Source of the DNA: Alphaproteobacteria bacterium
GTDB lineage: Bacteria > Pseudomonadota > Alphaproteobacteria > UBA8366 > JADFVY01
DNA length: 64,000 nucleotides
Reading direction: 5' to 3'
NCBI GenBank assembly: GCA_041584475.1
Contig: JBFHDX010000001.1
Coordinates: forward strand, 820 to 64,819
The notes beneath the pieces are model-generated. The model did no database searches, was not told where the DNA came from, and was given only the letters and a program-made list of their open reading frames with translations. Positions 59,471-64,000 of the stretch are shown in pieces. A program made the position numbers and the translations under genes. Each line of letters begins with the position of its first letter. Within the stretch, counting starts at the first letter, position 1.

Positions 59471-60334
59471 ATGTTCCAGGAGTTCGTGCAGCTCGTCGCC
59501 TACGGGATCGTGCTCGGCAGCATCCTCTCGCTTGGCGCGATCGGTCTGTCGCTGCTGTTCGGCATCCTGCGCTTCGCCCATTTCGCGCACGGCGACGTCA
59601 TGACCGTGGGCGCCTACATGGCGCTCGCCTTCGTCGCCGGCCTCGGCTTGCCGCTGTGGGCGGCGTTCGGGCTGGCCATCGTCGGCGGCGCCGGACTGGC
59701 CATCGTCATCGACCAGCTCGTCTACCGCCGGCTGCGGCGCACCGCGCCGGTGATCCTGCTGATCGCGTCGGTCGGCGTGGCGCTGATCCTGCGCAGCCTG
59801 GTGCAATTCATCTGGGGTCCGGACACGCAGGTCTTCAGCCAGGAGCTGGAGATGCCGCTGCGCATCGCCGGGATCCGGCTCAAGCCCTCGCAGCTCAATA
59901 TCGTCGTCGGCACGATCGTGCTCGTCGTGCTGCTGCACCTGTTCCTGCAGCGCACGCGGATGGGCAAGGCGATGCGGGCGATGGCCGACAATCCGGATTT
60001 GGCGCGCGTCGTCGGCATCGACACCGAGCGCGTCGTCGTTGCGACCTGGATCATCGGCGCCGCGTTCGCCGTCTCGGCGGGCATATTCCTCGGCGTCGAC
60101 ACGCGGCTGCAGCCGACGATGGGCTGGCACGTCCTGCTGCCGATCTTCGCGGCGACGATCCTCGGCGGCATCGGCAAGCCCTACGGCGCCATCGTCGGCG
60201 GCATGGTGGTCGGTATCGCATCCGAGCTGTCGACCGCGGCGTTTCCGTCGGTCTACAAGCCGGCCGTCGCGTTCGCGCTGATGGTGGCGATGCTCATCGT
60301 GCGGCCGACCGGCCTGTTCGGGACGCCGCGCTAG
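59471..60334 (+). CDS. livH: branched-chain amino acid ABC transporter permease (LivH-type)
   Basis: QLVAYGIVLGSILSLGAIGLSLLFGILRFAHFAHGD... and multiple TM segments. Confidence 0.9.
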   Translation: MFQEFVQLVAYGIVLGSILSLGAIGLSLLFGILRFAHFAHGDVMTVGAYMALAFVAGLGLPLWAAFGLAIVGGAGLAIVIDQLVYRRLRRTAPVILLIASVGVALILRSLVQFIWGPDTQVFSQELEMPLRIAGIRLKPSQLNIVVGTIVLVVLLHLFLQRTRMGKAMRAMADNPDLARVVGIDTERVVVATWIIGAAFAVSAGIFLGVDTRLQPTMGWHVLLPIFAATILGGIGKPYGAIVGGMVVGIASELSTAAFPSVYKPAVAFALMVAMLIVRPTGLFGTPR

Positions 60335-60353
60335 CGAGGCGGGGAGGAGGGAA

Positions 60354-61355
60354 ATGGCCGATCTGCTCAGTTTCGCCGTCTTTTTCCTGACGCTCGTCGG
60401 GATCTACGCCGTGCTGGCGCTGGCGCTCAACGTGCAGTGGGGTCTCACCGGCCTGTTCAACATCGGTATCGCCGGCTTCTTCGCCATCGGCGCCTATTCC
60501 AGCGCGATCCTGACCACGCCTCCCAGCGCCGCCCATCTCGGCGGGTTCGACCTGCCGATCGCGCTCGGCCTCGCCGCCGGAATGGTGCTCAGCGGGGTGA
60601 TCGCGCTCGGAATCGGAATCGTCACGCTCAGACTTCGTGAGGACTACCTCGCCATCGCGACGATCGGCATCGCCGAGATCATCCGCCTGGTGCTCAAGAA
60701 CGAGGAGTGGCTGACCAACGGCGTGCGCGGCATCGCCGGCATTCCGCGACCATTCGAACATCTCGTCGGCCGCGGCCAGGACGTCATCTACCTGCTCATC
60801 GTCGGGATGGCGGTCGTCGTCGTCTACCTCGCCATCGAACGTGGCCGGCAGTCGCCGTGGGGGCGCGTGCTGCGGGCGATGCGCGAGCGCGAGGTGGCGG
60901 TCATGGCGGCCGGCAAGGACATCGTCCGCTTCCGCCTAGAGAGCTTCGTGCTCGGCGCCGCCTTCATGGGGCTGGCCGGCGGGCTGTACGCCCATTTCTT
61001 CTCGTTCATCAGTCCCGAGGCGTTCGATCCGATGTACGCGACGTTCCTGGTCTGGGTGATGCTCATCGCCGGCGGCAGCGGCAACAACCGCGGTGCGATC
61101 CTGGGCACGCTGGTGATCTGGACGATCTGGGCCGGCACCGAGTTCCTGACCAATCTCTGGGTACCCGCGGAATACATGACGCGGGCGGGCAGCATCCGCG
61201 TGATGCTGGTCGGCGCACTGCTGCTGGTGATCCTGCTGGTGAGGCCGCAGGGACTGCTGCCGGAATCGCAATTCGTCGCCGCGACGACGTCACGGCGGCG
61301 CCGGGGCGATGGCGGCGCGGCGGCTACGGAGGAGGGCGGTCCCCAGGAGCCGTGA
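60354..61355 (+). CDS. livM: branched-chain amino acid ABC transporter permease (LivM-type)
   Basis: ALNVQWGLTGLFNIGIAGFFAIGAY...DYLAIATIGIAEIIR...GG.GN..GA.LG. Confidence 0.9.
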   Translation: MADLLSFAVFFLTLVGIYAVLALALNVQWGLTGLFNIGIAGFFAIGAYSSAILTTPPSAAHLGGFDLPIALGLAAGMVLSGVIALGIGIVTLRLREDYLAIATIGIAEIIRLVLKNEEWLTNGVRGIAGIPRPFEHLVGRGQDVIYLLIVGMAVVVVYLAIERGRQSPWGRVLRAMREREVAVMAAGKDIVRFRLESFVLGAAFMGLAGGLYAHFFSFISPEAFDPMYATFLVWVMLIAGGSGNNRGAILGTLVIWTIWAGTEFLTNLWVPAEYMTRAGSIRVMLVGALLLVILLVRPQGLLPESQFVAATTSRRRRGDGGAAATEEGGPQEP

Positions 61356-61419
61356 GCCCGCAGCGGTTGCTACGGGCCCACGCGTTGGCACCGGGGCCGT
61401 CGGTTCCCGCCTCAGGCGG

Positions 61420-62655
61420 TCACGGCTCGACGATGCGCAGGGTTGTGATCTGGCCGCCCTTGACCGTCCAGACGCCGAACGTGCCCGGCACGTCGCCAGC
61501 CTCGTCGAAGTTCTGGCTGCCCGAGGCGCCGACATAGTCGATGTCGGTGCCGAGGGAGAGCAGCTTCTTCGCGCTCGCCCAGTCGCCCGGCAGGATCTGC
61601 ACGCCGGGCGGATTGGCGACCAAGCGCAGGGCGTCGCGGACCTGCGCCCCGTTGGTGCTACCCGCCTTCTCGATGGCGAGCGCCAGCAGGTAGGTCGCGT
61701 CGTAGGCGGTATCGATGTAGGGCACCGGCGGCAGTTCGCCGTATTTGGCCCTGTAGGCGGCGTCGAAGCGCTGCTTCGCGTCGGTCTCGGGTGCCTCCGG
61801 TGAGGTGCCGATCGATCCTTCGAGGTACTTCGCCGGGATCGCCTTGACCATGTCCAGCGACTTCATGCCGTCGGTGAAGATGAACTTGCTGAAGAAGCCC
61901 TCCTCGATCGCCTGCTTCAGCATCGGCACGCCGTCGCCCGGATAGGCGATCTGGACGAGCGCTTCCGGACCGCCCTTCGCCGCCTGGGACAGTTCACCAC
62001 GGTAGCTCGCCTGCTTCTCCTCGTAAGCGATCGACGCGGTGACGCTGCCGCCGAGCTTGGCGAAGCTGGCCGCGAAGGCATCCGCGAGGCCCTGGCCGTA
62101 ATCATTGTTGACGTAGATGATCGCGACCTTGGCGTAGCCTGCGTCGCGCACGACGTCCGCCAGCACGATGCCCTGCAGCGCGTCGTGCGGGGTCGAGCGG
62201 AACAGGAAGTCGTTGTCGTCGAGCGTCGTGATGACCGGCGCGGTCGAGGCGCTGGATATCTGGGGGATGCCGGCAACGCTGCTGACGCTCTTGGCGACCG
62301 GTATCGTGACGCCGCTGGCCAGGGCGCCGACGAAGCCGACCACCTTGTTCGTCGCGATCAGCTGCTTGGCCGCGAGCACGCCGGCCTGCGGATTCGTCTG
62401 CGTATCGCCGACGGCGACGTTGAGGTCGGCACCGAGGACGCCGCCGCCGGCGTTGATCTCGTCGACCGCAAGCTTCACGCCGTTGAGCGAATGCACGCCG
62501 TACTCGCCGAGGGCGCCGGTCATCGGCATCAGCGCGCCGATCGTGACGTTGTTCTGGGCGTGTGCGGGCGCGCTTACGGCGGCCAGTGCGAGGACGACGG
62601 CCGGCGTCAGGGCCGTCATGACCCGTCCGGACCGTCTGCGTAGTGTGCTTTTCAT
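61420..62655 (-). CDS. ABC transporter substrate-binding protein (Leu/Ile/Val-binding, type-1 PBP family)
   Basis: Signal peptide ...LALAAVSAPAHAQ, then VTIGALMPMTGALGEYG...VGFVGALASGVT. It converges on livM. Confidence 0.85.
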   Translation of the reverse strand: MKSTLRRRSGRVMTALTPAVVLALAAVSAPAHAQNNVTIGALMPMTGALGEYGVHSLNGVKLAVDEINAGGGVLGADLNVAVGDTQTNPQAGVLAAKQLIATNKVVGFVGALASGVTIPVAKSVSSVAGIPQISSASTAPVITTLDDNDFLFRSTPHDALQGIVLADVVRDAGYAKVAIIYVNNDYGQGLADAFAASFAKLGGSVTASIAYEEKQASYRGELSQAAKGGPEALVQIAYPGDGVPMLKQAIEEGFFSKFIFTDGMKSLDMVKAIPAKYLEGSIGTSPEAPETDAKQRFDAAYRAKYGELPPVPYIDTAYDATYLLALAIEKAGSTNGAQVRDALRLVANPPGVQILPGDWASAKKLLSLGTDIDYVGASGSQNFDEAGDVPGTFGVWTVKGGQITTLRIVEP

Positions 62656-62898
62656 TCAAGCCTCCCTGTATTCGATCGGGTTATTGCACAGCGAACATGC
62701 GAACCTCCATGGCGATGGCCTGCAGAGGTTCGGCACGCCTTCCCGACCGCATGTTCGCATATCCACCCGCGGCGCACCACAGACCTTGTCGGTCGGGAGA
62801 CGCTCACGCAGACGGCCCGGTCCGGCTGTTTTCCGGACCGGGCCGCAAGCAGCCTGGTCAGTGAATGCGTGCTAGATCGGTATTCGCAGAGACGCTGT

Positions 62899-63855
62899 TC
62901 AGTTCAGCGAGTTCCAGCCGTTCTGGATCAGGTTCGCTTCCTCTTCCGCACTGACGATCGCATCGTCGGACAGCGCGAATACCTCCTGCACGGTCGGCAA
63001 ACTCCGCACGGCGGCCTGGGCCGCGCCAACCGCAGCCCCGTCCGTCGGCGAGGAGACGTCAGCACCCTCGATCGCGTCCATGGCGTCCGAGAATTCCGAG
63101 TCCTCATTGTCGGCGGCATCGGCGCTGCCGCCGCCCACGTCAGAGCCGCCGGCACCGTTTCCGTTGCTGCCATTCCCGGCGCCGCCGCCACCGGACCCGG
63201 CGCCACCGCCCGAACCGGCACCGCCGCCATCGTCGCCCGAACCGGCACCGCCGCCATCGTCGCCCGAACCGCCACCGCCGGCGCCACCGCCGCCGGAACC
63301 ACCGCCGGCGCCACCGCCGCCGGAACCACCGCCGGCGCCACCGCCATCGTCGCCCGAACCGCCACCGCCGGCGCCACCGCCGCCGGAGCCATCGCCGGCG
63401 CCACCGCCGCCGGAGCCATCGCCGGCGCCACCGCCACCGGAACCACCCCCGGCGCCGCCGCCGCCGGAACCATCACCGGCGCCACCGCCGCCGGAGCCAT
63501 CACCGGCGCCACCGCCGCCGGAGCCATCGCCGGAGCCGCCGCCGGCACCACCGTTACCGTTGCCGCCACCGTTGCCGCCAGCGTTACCGTTGCCGTTGCC
63601 GCCGGCATTATTGCCGGCGCCATGGTTTCCGTTGCTGCCGTTGCTGTCGTTCGTTGCGCCGTTGTGATTGCCGTTGCCTTGCGCGTAGGCGTTCTTGAAC
63701 AGCCCGTGGGAGCTGCCAGGATCCCACTGGTCCGGAAGGCCGACCATCATCGAGAGGGTGAACGCGGTCGTCGCTGCCAGCACGACGGAGAGCCGGCGCG
63801 CGGAGCCAAGGCTGCTGCCGCAGTGCCGCTTCATTACGTTGCCCGTTCCTGCCAT
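62899..63855 (-). CDS. secreted glycine-rich low-complexity repeat protein with acidic non-repetitive C-terminal domain
   Basis: The hydrophobic leader is RRLSVVLAATTAFTLSMMVGLP. About 190 aa of GN/GGGGAGDGS repeats follow, then a unique tail ...DNEDSEFSDAMDAIEGADV...LPTVQEVFALSDDAIVSAEEEANLIQNGWNSLN. This is the longest ORF over the repeat and it extends into unique sequence on both sides. An alternative start M8 lies at 63834. Confidence 0.6.
   Translation of the reverse strand: MAGTGNVMKRHCGSSLGSARRLSVVLAATTAFTLSMMVGLPDQWDPGSSHGLFKNAYAQGNGNHNGATNDSNGSNGNHGAGNNAGGNGNGNAGGNGGGNGNGGAGGGSGDGSGGGGAGDGSGGGGAGDGSGGGGAGGGSGGGGAGDGSGGGGAGDGSGGGGAGGGGSGDDGGGAGGGSGGGGAGGGSGGGGAGGGGSGDDGGGAGSGDDGGGAGSGGGAGSGGGGAGNGSNGNGAGGSDVGGGSADAADNEDSEFSDAMDAIEGADVSSPTDGAAVGAAQAAVRSLPTVQEVFALSDDAIVSAEEEANLIQNGWNSLN
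63196..63531 (-). repeat. in-frame tandem repeat array, 27-nt unit (9 codons) with 36-nt variants
   Basis: Plus-strand units are GGCGCCACCGCCGCCGGAACCACCGCC (63280-63306, repeated exactly at 63307-63333) and GGCGCCACCGCCGCCGGAGCCATCGCC (63370-63396, repeated exactly at 63397-63423). A CGAACCGGCACCGCCGCCATCGTCGCC pair lies at 63211-63264, and there are further near-copies. Confidence 0.85.
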
Positions 63856-64000
63856 TTCTTACACACCTTCAATCTAGGGCTATGCGCCCTCGGGGTGCTC
63901 ATCGGTCGCCGTCGTTACAGGGCTCGACGTTTCCCGCCGAACGACTCTACAACGGGTACTCCGGCGGTTTATTCCCGGTTCCCGCAATTTTCGTTCGCAT

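Noticed and set aside
63196-63531. Regularly spaced short repeats considered as a possible CRISPR array.
   Set aside because: The units are directly adjacent, with no unique spacers. The period is 27 nt and in frame inside an ORF, and there are no cas genes. It is a coding tandem repeat.
63080-63667. Proline-rich 195-aa ORF (PPPEPAPPP...) on the plus strand over the repeat array. A third-frame Ala/Val/Pro-rich ORF at 62928..63623 was also noted.
   Set aside because: These are mirror or alternate-frame readings of the Gly-rich gene. They are confined to the repeat, lack a leader or unique flanking domains, and the Pro frame uses many A-ending codons, which is atypical for this GC-rich genome. 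The strand call still deserves experimental confirmation.

Overview
The window looks like a GC-rich (by eye about two-thirds G+C, not computed) alphaproteobacterial chromosomal segment. It is densely coded, with roughly 60 genes. I found no rRNA, tRNA, CRISPR array, IS element, integrase or prophage signature. All family names below come from my own recognition of motifs in the translated ORFs, not from any search.

Layout:
- 1-13.6 kb and 16.4-20.1 kb: a conserved housekeeping backbone. It runs slt, dapA, smpB, UDG, NYN/LabA, rpoZ, relA/spoT, DUF2062, pdxJ, acpS, lepB, rnc, era, then a 3-gene insertion, then recO, parC, bioY. Many gene junctions overlap in a way that suggests translational coupling.
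- 20.2-23.7 kb: a FadL-type porin, then a C39-like/TPR lipoprotein peptidase with two paralogous small signal-peptide/C-terminal-TM proteins (PA2778/PA2779-type module).
- 23.9-27.5 kb: metZ, an ornithine-cyclodeaminase-family gene and a MATE efflux gene.
- 27.5-32.1 kb: a tandemly duplicated two-gene module (small periplasmic molybdopterin-oxidoreductase-like protein plus an orphan histidine kinase).
- 32.2-39.9 kb: a gamma-butyrobetaine/L-carnitine catabolic cluster (caiD, ADP-forming CoA ligase, ACAD, L-carnitine dehydrogenase, BKACE, thioesterase, esterase).
- 40.9-51.2 kb: a MerR-headed beta-oxidation operon, an orphan CheY-like regulator, and patatin-fadD-SCP2.
- 51.5-57.5 kb: the most interesting region. 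This is a chaperone/usher-like surface-fibre locus built from DUF4402 subunits, a PapD-like chaperone and a 974-aa lipoprotein/beta-barrel-like protein. Three sigma54-type (-24/-12) promoter matches sit in front of its three transcription units, one of them a perfect consensus.
- 57.8-62.7 kb: a Liv-type ABC transporter.
- 62.9-63.9 kb: a secreted glycine-rich protein encoded by an in-frame 27-nt tandem repeat array.

Many long antisense ORFs in the track are GC-driven shadow ORFs and were rejected.
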